A stretch of DNA of 64,000 nucleotides from Candidatus Nomurabacteria bacterium (GTDB lineage: Bacteria; Patescibacteriota; Minisyncoccia; Phycocordibacterales; UBA9973), in the NCBI GenBank assembly GCA_052035405.1, contig JBPOHQ010000003.1, positions 5,878 through 69,877 of the forward strand, read 5' to 3'. A program made the translations under genes and the position numbers. The notes beneath the pieces were generated by a model. That model did no database searches. It had not been told where the DNA came from and worked only from the letters and a program-made list of their open reading frames with translations. Of the stretch, positions 17,835 through 27,512 are shown one piece after another (the stretch's first letter is position 1; every line of letters begins with the position of its first letter).

Positions 17835-18827
17835 ATGAAAAACATTAAAAATGTGTTTTATTTATTAGCATTTTATTTATTATTTTTTTCTAGTGCATTT
17901 GCACATGTAAAGTGGTTTGTGGATAGTGATGAAATAATAGAAAAATCGCATAATACTACTCCTTTTTATTATATGACGAGTAAAGAGGTATGGGTGTGGA
18001 TGAGTGTAGTATTTGTCTCTGTTATTATTTTTGGATTTCTGGATTCAGTAATTAAAGCACCAAAAAAGTTAGTTAAGTTTGGTATGGATCATGAGCATAC
18101 AATTAACAGGGTGGCTCAAATTATCCTTGGATTGTTTTTGGTTACAGTGAGTTTTGTTTGGAAGATTATTCTTGTTCCAGATATACATATAAATAACACA
18201 ATCGCTCTAGTACTTGCAGGTGTACAGGCTTTAGTGGGCGTAATGTTCATGTTTAATCTTTATCCTCGACTTGCCTCTATTATTTTACTTGGTTTTTGTG
18301 TTGGCGTAGGTATTTGGAATGGACCAATTACTTTTGCTGAAAACCTCATTCTAGTTTCTCTTGCTGTCTATTTCTTTATTAAAAATTCTTCTACTGATTC
18401 TAGAGTATTTCGCTTAAATAAGCATGCAGTAGAATTTGTCCGATTGGGGACAGGTGTGTCATTAATAGTCCTCGCTTTCACAGAAAAATTAGCGTATCCA
18501 GAATTGAGCTTGGCTTTCTTAGAAGTGCATCATTGGAATTTTATGCAAGGACTTTTCCCTTGGTTTACAAATAATCTTTTTGTTTTGAGTGTTGGATTTG
18601 CTGAAATAATTTTTGGAATTTTATTTATTATGGGTTATTTGACAAGAATTACAACAATACTGATTGCTATATTCTTTGCTCTCTCAGTTACGACTATGTT
18701 GATACAGTTTGGTGCATGGGAGGTTGAAGATTTAGTAGTATATTCTGCTGCCATTATATTTTTAGCATTTGGTCATGGTGCAACAAAATTCTTTCATTTT
18801 TCTTGGAAGAATTTAACAGGAAAGTAA
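17835..18827 (+). CDS. Polytopic integral membrane protein of unknown function (start corrected; alternative start 17808)
   Basis: ORF-track start 17679 would overlap tRNA-His and its terminator. MKNIKNVFYLLAFYLLFFSSAFA looks like a signal/TM start. ~8 TM helices. Confidence 0.55.
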   Translation: MKNIKNVFYLLAFYLLFFSSAFAHVKWFVDSDEIIEKSHNTTPFYYMTSKEVWVWMSVVFVSVIIFGFLDSVIKAPKKLVKFGMDHEHTINRVAQIILGLFLVTVSFVWKIILVPDIHINNTIALVLAGVQALVGVMFMFNLYPRLASIILLGFCVGVGIWNGPITFAENLILVSLAVYFFIKNSSTDSRVFRLNKHAVEFVRLGTGVSLIVLAFTEKLAYPELSLAFLEVHHWNFMQGLFPWFTNNLFVLSVGFAEIIFGILFIMGYLTRITTILIAIFFALSVTTMLIQFGAWEVEDLVVYSAAIIFLAFGHGATKFFHFSWKNLTGK

Positions 18828-18829
18828 TT

Positions 18830-19876
18830 TTATAGTGACCAGTTTGGTAGTCGCTCTATATCGTTGACGTCGTCAAATTTTTCTTTTCGAGCATGATGGT
18901 ATGCTGCAACAGCAATCATCCCTGCATTATCTCCAAAGAGTTTTTTATCAGTAGGGAAGTGAATTCTTAAATTTTTTCCAAACTCTTTACGCACTCTCTT
19001 TCTTAGTGCTAAGTTCGCACTAACTCCACCCGCAAGAATAATATCTTTTATTTTATGTGTGTTTTCTATGTTTTCTAAAACTATCTTTGTTTTAAGTACC
19101 AGTGAGTCTATGGCGGATTTTTGGAAAGAAGCAGCGATGTCGCAGATAATTTGTTTCTTTTCTTTTTCTTTCAGATGCTCAGTAAAAACTTTACGCGTTA
19201 GATATAACACTGCAGTTTTGAGTCCTGAATAACTAAGTTCTGTATTTCGTGTTTTAGTCATAGGGACAGGAAGAGGGAATCGAGTTTCGTCACCATCTTT
19301 TGCGAGATTTTCTATCATCGGTCCACCAGGGTACCCGAGCTCAAGCATTCGTGCGACTTTGTCGTACGCTTCACCGACTGCATCATCTAAGGTTTTGCCA
19401 AGTATTTCGTATGAGCCGTGGTCTTTCATGAGTACGATTTCTGAGTGTCCTCCAGAGACAAGAATGGCTATCAGAGGGAAGGTGTATTCTATTTTTGGAT
19501 TACCTTTTGCATTATGAGAAAGTGCAGAGTAAATATGACCCTCCATATGATTTATTGCTATAACTGGTTTTTTGTATTCGTTTACAAATTCTTTTATTTT
19601 CTTTATTCCAACTTCAAGGGCAATAGCGAGTCCTGGTCCACGAGTCACTGCGAACACATCAATATCTTTGAGTTCTAGCTTTGCGTGTTTGAGTGCTTCT
19701 TTTACTACAAAATCTATATTTTGTTCATGCATACTTCGTGCAATACTCGGCACAACACCACCCCATTTTTTATGGAACTCAATTTGAGAAGAAATTTTAT
19801 TTGAGATGATGTTGTCGTTGTTTGTTATGGCGACAGATGTTTCATCACAAGATGTGTCTATGGCAAGTATTTTCAT
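18830..19876 (-). CDS. tsaD: tRNA N6-adenosine threonylcarbamoyltransferase TsaD (Kae1/YgjD)
   Basis: MKILAIDTSCDETSVAI, HMEGH metal-binding motif, SGGV...N. Confidence 0.9.
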   Translation of the reverse strand: MKILAIDTSCDETSVAITNNDNIISNKISSQIEFHKKWGGVVPSIARSMHEQNIDFVVKEALKHAKLELKDIDVFAVTRGPGLAIALEVGIKKIKEFVNEYKKPVIAINHMEGHIYSALSHNAKGNPKIEYTFPLIAILVSGGHSEIVLMKDHGSYEILGKTLDDAVGEAYDKVARMLELGYPGGPMIENLAKDGDETRFPLPVPMTKTRNTELSYSGLKTAVLYLTRKVFTEHLKEKEKKQIICDIAASFQKSAIDSLVLKTKIVLENIENTHKIKDIILAGGVSANLALRKRVRKEFGKNLRIHFPTDKKLFGDNAGMIAVAAYHHARKEKFDDVNDIERLPNWSL

Positions 19877-19887
19877 ATTTTTATTTT

Positions 19888-20994
19888 TTAAACTGCATAG
19901 TCGCTAACCGTGATAATACGAGTATTGCTATTGTCTTTGTGTTCTATTTTTATCCATATGATCACTGCATCTTCGGAGATGCGTTCAAATAATTCTGTGA
20001 CTTTATCCGCCCATTCGATTGAAAAAACATTACCTTTGGATACTTGGTCAAAGAATCCAAGCTGCTCTAACTCTGCCCCATCAAAAAGTCTCCAAGTGTC
20101 TATGTGATACAGCATAGGTTTTTTCTCAGATAAATATGAATCAGGAACGGTTTCTATGTTGTATTCTTTTTCTATAATGAATGTTGGTGAATTGATAGTA
20201 TCTTTAATTCCTAATACTTTTGCAATACCTTTAGTCATTTCGGTTTTACCTGCACCGAGTTCACCTTGAAGTGCAAATATGACAGATTTATATCCAAAAT
20301 AGTGCTTGTATTTGTTTAAGAGTTCTATGCCGAGAGCTTGAGTTTCTTCCGGAGAATGAGTAGCTCTTTCTAATACTGGAGTCAGTTTTATATTGCCTTG
20401 CCTTAGTACGACTTCTTGATTGAGGGTTGTGTCGACTACAGTTGAAGGCTCTCTTTTTGGAAGTTGCCCAGCATCGAGTATCAGAGAAATAAGGTTTTGT
20501 TGCTTTGTGGATATGTTATTTAAAATATCTTCTACTGCATAGGGTCTTTTTTTGTATGATGCGTTAGCACTGGTTGCAGTGATTGGTTTGCCTAATGCGG
20601 TGACGATATCGAGGACGAGTTGATAGTCTGGTATTCTCACTCCAAGGGTGCCCGTCTCAGACTCTACTCCTTTTGCAACAGTACCCAAGCTTTTTGAAAC
20701 CACAGTGAGTGGTCCAGGGAGAAAGTTTTCATATAAATTTTTTGCTACAGCATTTACTTCTACATATTGCTCTGCCATGTGTATCCCATTGACCGCAATA
20801 GACAGAGGTTTACCCTCGCGTCTAGTTTTATATTCGAGCAGTGTATTTATAGCTTTTTGATTTGTTGCTTCGGCTCCTATCCCATACATGGTTTCTGTGG
20901 GGAAGACCACTAAGCCACCCCTTTTGAGTGTTTCTACGGCTTCTTTGACGACTTCTTCGTAAGGAGTATTAGATATATCTATTCGCTTAAACAT
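19888..20994 (-). CDS. Fusion of threonylcarbamoyl-AMP synthase TsaC/Sua5 (YrdC domain) with TsaE (YjeE P-loop ATPase)
   Basis: N-terminal VVFPTETMYGIGA...LSIAV...LPGPLT...GVRIP...TSANAS (YrdC). C-terminal ALQGELGAGKTEMTKGIAKVLG...SPTFII...YHIDTWRL (TsaE). Confidence 0.8.
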   Translation of the reverse strand: MFKRIDISNTPYEEVVKEAVETLKRGGLVVFPTETMYGIGAEATNQKAINTLLEYKTRREGKPLSIAVNGIHMAEQYVEVNAVAKNLYENFLPGPLTVVSKSLGTVAKGVESETGTLGVRIPDYQLVLDIVTALGKPITATSANASYKKRPYAVEDILNNISTKQQNLISLILDAGQLPKREPSTVVDTTLNQEVVLRQGNIKLTPVLERATHSPEETQALGIELLNKYKHYFGYKSVIFALQGELGAGKTEMTKGIAKVLGIKDTINSPTFIIEKEYNIETVPDSYLSEKKPMLYHIDTWRLFDGAELEQLGFFDQVSKGNVFSIEWADKVTELFERISEDAVIIWIKIEHKDNSNTRIITVSDYAV

Positions 20995-21073
20995 GACGGG
21001 TCCATTATAGCATGGAATGATTGAGCGTTAAGGCGTTGTTTAATGGTCGGACTATGTCTATAATGAAAGGATA

Positions 21074-22450
21074 ATGAGTAAAAAAGTATGGGAAAAGATA
21101 TTTGGAGCTCCTGCAGAACTGCTTGAAAAAACAGTAGAGTTAGAGGAAGAAATAGAAGAAGGTCTGGCTAAACAAAAACCAGTAAGGAAAGTAAAAGAAT
21201 ACTGGAAAATCTTAGGCCCCGGGCTAACCACTGGTGCAGCAGATGATGATCCTTCTGGTATTGCTACCTATTCTCAAATGGGAGCCGCAAAGGGTTTTGG
21301 TCTTATATGGCTTTCTCTTTTTACTTTTCCTTTGATGTCTGTTGTGCAAGAAATGTGTGCTCGTATTGGAGTCGTCACTGGTATAGGCCTCGCTGCAAAT
21401 ATCAAGAGGCATTACTCTAAAAAGGTTTTATACTTTTGTACGGCACTTTTAGTCTTTGCAAATATTTTTAATATTGGTGCAGACCTAGGTGCTATGGCAA
21501 AAGGTATGCAACTTATTTTTCCATTCTTGTCTTTTACTCTTTTAGTTATTGTCTTTGCTTTAGTTATATTGTTATTACAAATTTTTGTTCCTTATAAGAC
21601 GTATTCAAGTTATTTAAAATATCTTACTCTTGTATTGTTCACGTATATCTTCTCTGCGTTATCTATGAACATAGATTGGGGTAATGTGATAAAGCATTTA
21701 GTTGTTCCACAGTTTTCTTTTGGTAAAGAAGAAATTATTTTAATTTGTGCAGCATTAGGTACTACGATTAGCCCCTATCTTTTCTTTTGGCAAACGTCTC
21801 AAGAAGTAGAAGATCAGATTATGAAAGGAGATACAACTGAGAAAATGAGAAGGGAACATACGACAAAAAAAGATATCAGGGATATGCGTATCGACGTCTG
21901 GTCTGGAATGTTTATGTCCAACCTAGTTATGTTTTTTATAATTGCTGCTTGTGCAGCTACCTTGTATGTTAACGGTATCACCAATATTATTTCAGCTTCC
22001 GATGCAGCACTGGCACTTCGACCTTTTGCGGGTGACTCAGCATTTTTCTTGTTTGCTATTGGTATTATCGGTACTGGACTTCTTGCTATCCCAGTTCTTG
22101 CAGGCTCTTCTTCATATGCTGTTTCTGAGTCGTTTGGTTTTAAGTTTGGTTTATATCGAAAGCTCAAAGAAGCAAGTGCTTTCTACGGAGTCATTATCAT
22201 AGCAATGGTCTTAGGAATACTGCTTAACTTTGTTGGGTTTGATCCTATCCAGGTGCTTATCTACTCTGCTGTATTCAACGGACTCATCTCTCCGATTATG
22301 CTTTTCCTTATAGTTCGTATTAGCTCAAATGAAAAAATCATGGGTGAGTATAAAAACAAAAATCTGAGTAGGGGTATGGGTTGGCTCACTGTAGTGCTTA
22401 TGAGTATGGTGAGTGTTGCGTCTATCTTTTTTCTTTTAGATGTTTTTTAG
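21074..22450 (+). CDS. mntH: NRAMP-family divalent metal (Mn2+/Fe2+) transporter
   Basis: GPGLTTGAADDDPSGIATYSQMGA NRAMP signature. ~11 TM segments. Confidence 0.88.
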   Translation: MSKKVWEKIFGAPAELLEKTVELEEEIEEGLAKQKPVRKVKEYWKILGPGLTTGAADDDPSGIATYSQMGAAKGFGLIWLSLFTFPLMSVVQEMCARIGVVTGIGLAANIKRHYSKKVLYFCTALLVFANIFNIGADLGAMAKGMQLIFPFLSFTLLVIVFALVILLLQIFVPYKTYSSYLKYLTLVLFTYIFSALSMNIDWGNVIKHLVVPQFSFGKEEIILICAALGTTISPYLFFWQTSQEVEDQIMKGDTTEKMRREHTTKKDIRDMRIDVWSGMFMSNLVMFFIIAACAATLYVNGITNIISASDAALALRPFAGDSAFFLFAIGIIGTGLLAIPVLAGSSSYAVSESFGFKFGLYRKLKEASAFYGVIIIAMVLGILLNFVGFDPIQVLIYSAVFNGLISPIMLFLIVRISSNEKIMGEYKNKNLSRGMGWLTVVLMSMVSVASIFFLLDVF

Positions 22451-22489
22451 TATATACTGTATACATATTAGTAGCTTAAATGTATATAT

Positions 22490-22963
22490 ATGCAAACAGA
22501 TAATAAGAAAAATATGATTGTGTGGGTGGTACTCGTCCTTTTAGTAATAGGAGGGTTAGTTTTTGTTTCTATTAAAAATAAAAATTCTAAAGAAGAGGTA
22601 ACAGAAAATACAACTATGGAAAATTCAAATGGTGTAAAAATAACAGTAGTAAGTGAAGGTGCAGGAGAACCTGCAAAGGCAGGGGATACTGTATCTATGA
22701 ACTACACAGGAAGACTTGAGAATGGAACAGTGTTTGACTCCAATGTCTTGCCTGAATTTAATCATGTCGAACCATTTATGTTCACCCTTGGTGCTGGGCA
22801 AGTTATCAAAGGATGGGACATCGGAGTAGATGGAATGAAAGTAGGAGAGAAGCGAACCTTAGAGATAAATTCTGAATTCGCATACGGAGCTACTGGTGCA
22901 GGTAATGTCATCCCCCCAAATGCAAAGTTAGTTTTTGAAGTCGAATTAGTAGCAATTAAATAA
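22490..22963 (+). CDS. FKBP-type peptidyl-prolyl cis-trans isomerase, membrane-anchored
   Basis: GD.V...Y.G.L.NGTVFDSN...GWDIGVDGMKVGEKR...IPPNAKLVFEVELV. Confidence 0.85.
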   Translation: MQTDNKKNMIVWVVLVLLVIGGLVFVSIKNKNSKEEVTENTTMENSNGVKITVVSEGAGEPAKAGDTVSMNYTGRLENGTVFDSNVLPEFNHVEPFMFTLGAGQVIKGWDIGVDGMKVGEKRTLEINSEFAYGATGAGNVIPPNAKLVFEVELVAIK

Positions 22964-22973
22964 TAAATAATAT

Positions 22974-23777
22974 ATGCAAATTAAAGAATTAATAAAAGAA
23001 AATAAACATTTTGTATTTAAAGCATGTCTTGTGTTCATTTTCATTCTTCTTCTTTCAGGTGGTATGAGACATCCTGGTGAGATGAATTTTCAAAATAATG
23101 AGAAGAATACAATAACCGTCAGTGGTCACGGAGAAGTGAATGCTGTGCCTGATATTGCAACAATATACTTCACTGTTGAATCAAGTAAGGCTACTCAGAA
23201 AGAATCTAGTGATGAAGTAAATACTAAAACTAAGAAAGTATTAGAATTTCTAAAGTCCTCAGAAGTAGCTGATAAAGATGTCAAAACTGAGAACTACAGT
23301 TCTTACCCTAAATATAATAATCCAGAGTCTTGTCCTGCATACTACGGAGGAGGAATAGTACCACCTTGTCGTACAACAGAGGCGAAGATTGTAGGGTATA
23401 CCGTATCTCAAAGCGTAACTGTAAAAATTCGTAAAGTAGACGATACTTCAAAGATCGTTGATGGTATTAATGCGTTAGGAGTAACTAATATGTCTGGACC
23501 TACGTTAGCTATCGATAATGAAGAAGCTTTAAAGGTTGGAGCTCGAAAATTAGCTATCGACAATGCAAAAGATAAAGCGAGAGTGCTCGCAAGAGACTTA
23601 GGGGTACGTCTAGGTAAAATTTCATCTTTTAATGAGACAGGAAATTACTACCCAATGTATGCGGGAGCGGCAATGATGAAAGATAGTGTGTCTAGTAACC
23701 CTGCTGTGCCATCAGAGATACCAAAAGGGGAGAATACAATATCTTCTGACGTTACCATTACTTACGAAATAAGGTAA
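22974..23777 (+). CDS. SIMPL-domain (DUF541, YggE-like) periplasmic protein
   Basis: ITVSGHGEVNAVPDIATIYFTVES pattern and ~230-aa length typical of the SIMPL family. Confidence 0.6.
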   Translation: MQIKELIKENKHFVFKACLVFIFILLLSGGMRHPGEMNFQNNEKNTITVSGHGEVNAVPDIATIYFTVESSKATQKESSDEVNTKTKKVLEFLKSSEVADKDVKTENYSSYPKYNNPESCPAYYGGGIVPPCRTTEAKIVGYTVSQSVTVKIRKVDDTSKIVDGINALGVTNMSGPTLAIDNEEALKVGARKLAIDNAKDKARVLARDLGVRLGKISSFNETGNYYPMYAGAAMMKDSVSSNPAVPSEIPKGENTISSDVTITYEIR

Positions 23778-23868
23778 ACATAAGGTTATTTGACTAATCT
23801 ACAAAAAAAGAGTAGTATTAAAAGAGCCCTGCGAGGGGCTTTTTTAAGAGGTAAGAAATTAGAACAAT

Positions 23869-24054
23869 ATGTCAAAACTTACAGAATATTTTAATGAAAC
23901 AAAAACAGAGCTAAAGCATGTTATTTGGCCTGGACGCAAGCAGACTATCTTTTATACCCTTATTGTTATCGTATTGTCTGTCGTAATTGCTTATTTCTTA
24001 GGAGTTTTTGACTTCTTATTCGGAAGAGGATTAGAGAAGTTAATTTCTTTCTAA
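23869..24054 (+). CDS. secE: Preprotein translocase subunit SecE
   Basis: 61 aa, ETKTELKHVIWPGRKQT + one TM. Immediately upstream of nusG. Confidence 0.85.
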   Translation: MSKLTEYFNETKTELKHVIWPGRKQTIFYTLIVIVLSVVIAYFLGVFDFLFGRGLEKLISF

Positions 24055-24080
24055 ATTATTAAATTTAATTTTTAACTTGG

Positions 24081-24626
24081 ATGTCAAAACAAGAAACACA
24101 AGGAGCTAGAAATTGGTATGCTATCCACACGTATGCTGGATACGAAAATGTAGTTTTACGTAATTTGAAACAGCGTATTGATTCACTTGGTATGCACGAA
24201 AAGATTTTCAATGTTATTGTGCCGGTTGAAAAGAAAATAAAGATAAAAGCTGGTAAGAGAGTAGAAGTAGAAGAGAAAATATACCCTGGATATGTGCTTG
24301 TAGATATGATCGTGACGGATGATTCTTGGTATGTGGTTCGTAATACTCCTCGAGTAACTGGATTCGTTGGAGCTGGAGTAAACCCTGTGCCTCTCATGAA
24401 AGAAGAAGTAGACTACTTGTTCAAGAAAATGGATGCACATACAGCAAAACACAACATTGATATCGCTATTGATGAGACAGTACTTATCGTAGATGGACCA
24501 TTTAAAGACCTTGAAGGTAAAGTAAGCTTCGTCGATCAGGAGCGTGGTAAAGTAAAAGTGTTTGTATCCATGTTCGGTCGTGAGACCCCTGTGGAACTGG
24601 ACTTCTTGCAAGTTAAGAAAATATAA
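24081..24626 (+). CDS. nusG: Transcription termination/antitermination factor NusG
   Basis: NWYAIHTYAGYENVV NGN domain, C-terminal KOW (GKVSF...KVKVFVSMFGRETPVELDFLQV). Confidence 0.9.
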   Translation: MSKQETQGARNWYAIHTYAGYENVVLRNLKQRIDSLGMHEKIFNVIVPVEKKIKIKAGKRVEVEEKIYPGYVLVDMIVTDDSWYVVRNTPRVTGFVGAGVNPVPLMKEEVDYLFKKMDAHTAKHNIDIAIDETVLIVDGPFKDLEGKVSFVDQERGKVKVFVSMFGRETPVELDFLQVKKI

Positions 24627-24655
24627 GGTAGTGTATAAAAATAATCAGCAAATAT

Positions 24656-25078
24656 ATGGCAAAGAAAATAACAAAGAAAATTAAATTACAGGTTGACGCA
24701 GGTAAAGCTACTCCTGCAGGAAGTCTTGGTCCAGCACTTGGACAGGCTGGTGTAAACATCGGTGATTTCGTTACTAAGTTTAATGCAGCTACTGCTAAAC
24801 AAATCGGTAACAAGGTATCTGTAAATATATTCGTATACGACGACCGAACATATGACTTTATCGTGAAGACTCCTCCAGCTACAGGACTTATCCTCAAAGC
24901 AGCTGGAATCGAAAAAGGTTCAAGTAAGAACGCTGCGACAAAAGTAGGTAAGATCACAAAAGCTCAAGCTCTTGAAATCGCAAAGATAAAGATGGAAAAC
25001 CTAAACTCAAAAGATGACGAAGGTGCTATCGCTATAATCGCTGGATCTGCTCGAAGTATGGGCATAACTGTAGAATAA
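24656..25078 (+). CDS. rplK: 50S ribosomal protein L11
   Basis: [34 protein letters not shown]. Confidence 0.92.
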   Translation: MAKKITKKIKLQVDAGKATPAGSLGPALGQAGVNIGDFVTKFNAATAKQIGNKVSVNIFVYDDRTYDFIVKTPPATGLILKAAGIEKGSSKNAATKVGKITKAQALEIAKIKMENLNSKDDEGAIAIIAGSARSMGITVE

Positions 25079-25094
25079 TAAATTTATATATAAA

Positions 25095-25130
25095 TAAAAA
25101 AGCTCTCGCAATGCGAGAGCTTTTTTATTT
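25095..25130. terminator. Bidirectional rho-independent terminator (A-tract/hairpin/T-tract)
   Basis: aaaaaagctctcgcaatgcgagagcttttttattt sits between convergent rplK and dcd. Confidence 0.75.
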
Positions 25131-25665
25131 AGAACTTGTTTTTCCACATCATAGACTCCTTTGGTAGTTTTTCTTGGTGAGAATATTTAGCATTAGATTT
25201 TTTATGATAAAGTCTTTCTACTTTACCTTCTACGACGTAATAGATGAGTTGAGCGATAGGCATACCAGGATATACCCGTACTGGTTTTGAAGTAGATATC
25301 TCCATTGTCCAGAATCCACAGAAGCCTACGTCGCCTTTACCCGCAGTAGCATGTATGTCTATTCCAAGTCGTCCAGTAGAGGATTTTCCTTCTAGGAAGG
25401 GTACATGTTTATGAGTTTCAGTATATTCTAGCGTTGCTCCTAGATAAAGTTCTCCGGGTTTCAATACAAAACCTTTTTCAGGTATTTCAAAATGTTTAAT
25501 TTTATTATGCTTTTTTGCATCTAGAGTCTTGTCGACATATTGTGCAAAGTGTTTACTTAAATGCACGTCATAAGAATTGCCTCCCATATTGCTGATATCA
25601 AAAGGCTCAATGACTATTTGTTTTTTCTTTATAAGTTCAAGAATTTTTTTGTCAGATAATATCAT
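25129..25665 (-). CDS. dcd: dCTP deaminase
   Basis: MILSDKKILELI...VIEPFD N-terminus and GKGDVGFCGFWTMEI dUTPase-fold motif. Confidence 0.8.
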   Translation of the reverse strand: MILSDKKILELIKKKQIVIEPFDISNMGGNSYDVHLSKHFAQYVDKTLDAKKHNKIKHFEIPEKGFVLKPGELYLGATLEYTETHKHVPFLEGKSSTGRLGIDIHATAGKGDVGFCGFWTMEISTSKPVRVYPGMPIAQLIYYVVEGKVERLYHKKSNAKYSHQEKLPKESMMWKNKF

Positions 25666-25700
25666 GGTATAAGTTTCGCATAATTAACCTTTTTGTCAAT

Positions 25701-26207
25701 TTAGAAAAATCTTTCATAAATAACAAAGTCGTAGTCAAAAGGATTCTTGGAATCCTTTTTGTTTTTTTCTCGAGATGCCTCAATAAATACTATAGGTATG
25801 ATTTCAGGGAAAAATACATCTGCATCTTTGTCTGCTGCTTTTACTTCTGTAATATAGAGCTTGTTAGCAGACTCCATACCTTTCTTAAACACTTCGCTTC
25901 CACCTATAATAAACACCTCTTTGTCTTTTGAAGCGAGCTTGATAGCTTCCTCAAAAGAGTGAGCTACCTCTACATTTTCTTTTTTATATTTTTTATCACG
26001 AGTGATGACTATATTTCTTCTGTTCGGTAGTGCTTTACCAATACTTTCAAAAGTTTTTCTGCCCATGATGACTGTATGCCCCGTGGTTAGTTCTTTGAAA
26101 CGCTTCATATCTCCCGGAAGTTTAAAAACCAGGTCATTATTTTTACCTAACTCATTATTCTTTCCTATGGCTGCGATGATTGAGAGATTCATGTTTTTAT
26201 ACAGCAA
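25701..26207 (-). CDS. folA: Dihydrofolate reductase
   Basis: [52 protein letters not shown]. Confidence 0.88.
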   Translation of the reverse strand: MLYKNMNLSIIAAIGKNNELGKNNDLVFKLPGDMKRFKELTTGHTVIMGRKTFESIGKALPNRRNIVITRDKKYKKENVEVAHSFEEAIKLASKDKEVFIIGGSEVFKKGMESANKLYITEVKAADKDADVFFPEIIPIVFIEASREKNKKDSKNPFDYDFVIYERFF

Positions 26208-27138
26208 TCGGAGCTTTGATTGCTTCGTGGGGGTTATAATTTAATAATTCAAAATCGTCTATCGTAAAATCTTCAAGGTTCTTTTTGTTTGGATTTATTT
26301 TCATGGTTGGCATTTTTCTTATAGCATCTTTGCGAGAGATCTGTAAATTTGCTTGTTCAAAGTGGTTTGAATATAAATGTACATCACCGCCAGTCCAAAC
26401 AAATTCTCCCGGTTCGAGGTTTGTAATTTGAGCAACAATCATAACAAGCAGAGCATATGAGGCAATATTGAAAGGGAGACCTAGGAATGTATCGCAACTT
26501 CTCTGATATAACTGACATGAAAGTTTGCCGTTGGCTACGTAAAATTGAAAAAAACAATGACAGGGTGGAAGTCCTGCTTTTGCCATTTCATCTATGTCAG
26601 CGACATTCCAAGCAGAGACTATCATTCGACGTGAGTCTGGGGTGTTTTTAATTTGTTCTATTACATTCTTTAGTTGGTCAATGTGCCTTCCATCTGATGT
26701 AGGCCAGTTTCGCCATTGATATCCGTATATAGGTCCTAAGTCACCATATTCTTTAGAAAAAATTTCGTCAGATTTTATTTTTTCTATGAATTCTTTTATT
26801 CCTTCTTTCCATTCCGTGCTATCGCTTTTTGGAACAGGTACATTATTTTTTATGAGATACGCCTTATAAGGCCATTCATCCCAGATGTGTACATTGTTGT
26901 CTGCCAAATACTTTAAATTCGTATCACCACGAAGGAACCAGAGGAGTTCGTGGATGATTGCTTTTATAGGTACTTTCTTTGTAGTAAGGAGAGGGAAGCC
27001 TTCGGCTAGATTAAAACGCATTTGATACCCTAAAACACTCTTCGTGCCTGTTCCTGTGCGGTCAGTCTTTGTTACCCCATTTTTAATGAGATGTTCCAGG
27101 AGTTCTATATATGACTCGTCTGTGTGTTTACCTTGCAT
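26197..27138 (-). CDS. thyA: Thymidylate synthase (ThyA)
   Basis: [18 protein letters not shown] active-site Cys, [16 protein letters not shown]. Confidence 0.92.
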   Translation of the reverse strand: MQGKHTDESYIELLEHLIKNGVTKTDRTGTGTKSVLGYQMRFNLAEGFPLLTTKKVPIKAIIHELLWFLRGDTNLKYLADNNVHIWDEWPYKAYLIKNNVPVPKSDSTEWKEGIKEFIEKIKSDEIFSKEYGDLGPIYGYQWRNWPTSDGRHIDQLKNVIEQIKNTPDSRRMIVSAWNVADIDEMAKAGLPPCHCFFQFYVANGKLSCQLYQRSCDTFLGLPFNIASYALLVMIVAQITNLEPGEFVWTGGDVHLYSNHFEQANLQISRKDAIRKMPTMKINPNKKNLEDFTIDDFELLNYNPHEAIKAPIAV

Positions 27139-27437
27139 AAAATCATTATACCTTGTGATAAGTTTTCCCCAAAATAACTTGATTTCTCAATAGAGAAAGA
27201 GTACTTTTTAGGTATATTTGTTCACTTTTAAAATTCCTACATATGTTGAAGTTATGGGGGGTCAAGTGCCCACATTGTGGTGGCACAATATTTCTAGGAC
27301 AGGAACACAAATGTTCCTAGCCAAAACAAAAATTATTTCACTTTTAAACTTGCGGTCTCAGGAGGGGCCGCTTTTATTTTTATGAATATGTTTTCTCTTG
27401 CATTAATCTAAAAAGTATGTTACTCTGAATTCAGATA

Positions 27438-27468
27438 AAGACACCCACGCTGGGTGTTCTTTTTGTTA
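27438..27468 (+). terminator. Orphan plus-strand intrinsic terminator in the thyA / 27513 intergenic region
   Basis: acacccacgctgggtgt hairpin + TCTTTTTGTT. No plus-strand ORF upstream. Confidence 0.55.
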
Positions 27469-27512
27469 TTTACACAAATTTTTCACCAACCTTTTTTAAA
27501 AATTTTAAAAAA

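Noticed and set aside
25701-26244. Small sense/antisense ORFs overlapping folA/thyA (for example 26002..26244)
   Set aside because: Embedded in or overlapping confidently identified folA and thyA genes. No independent support.
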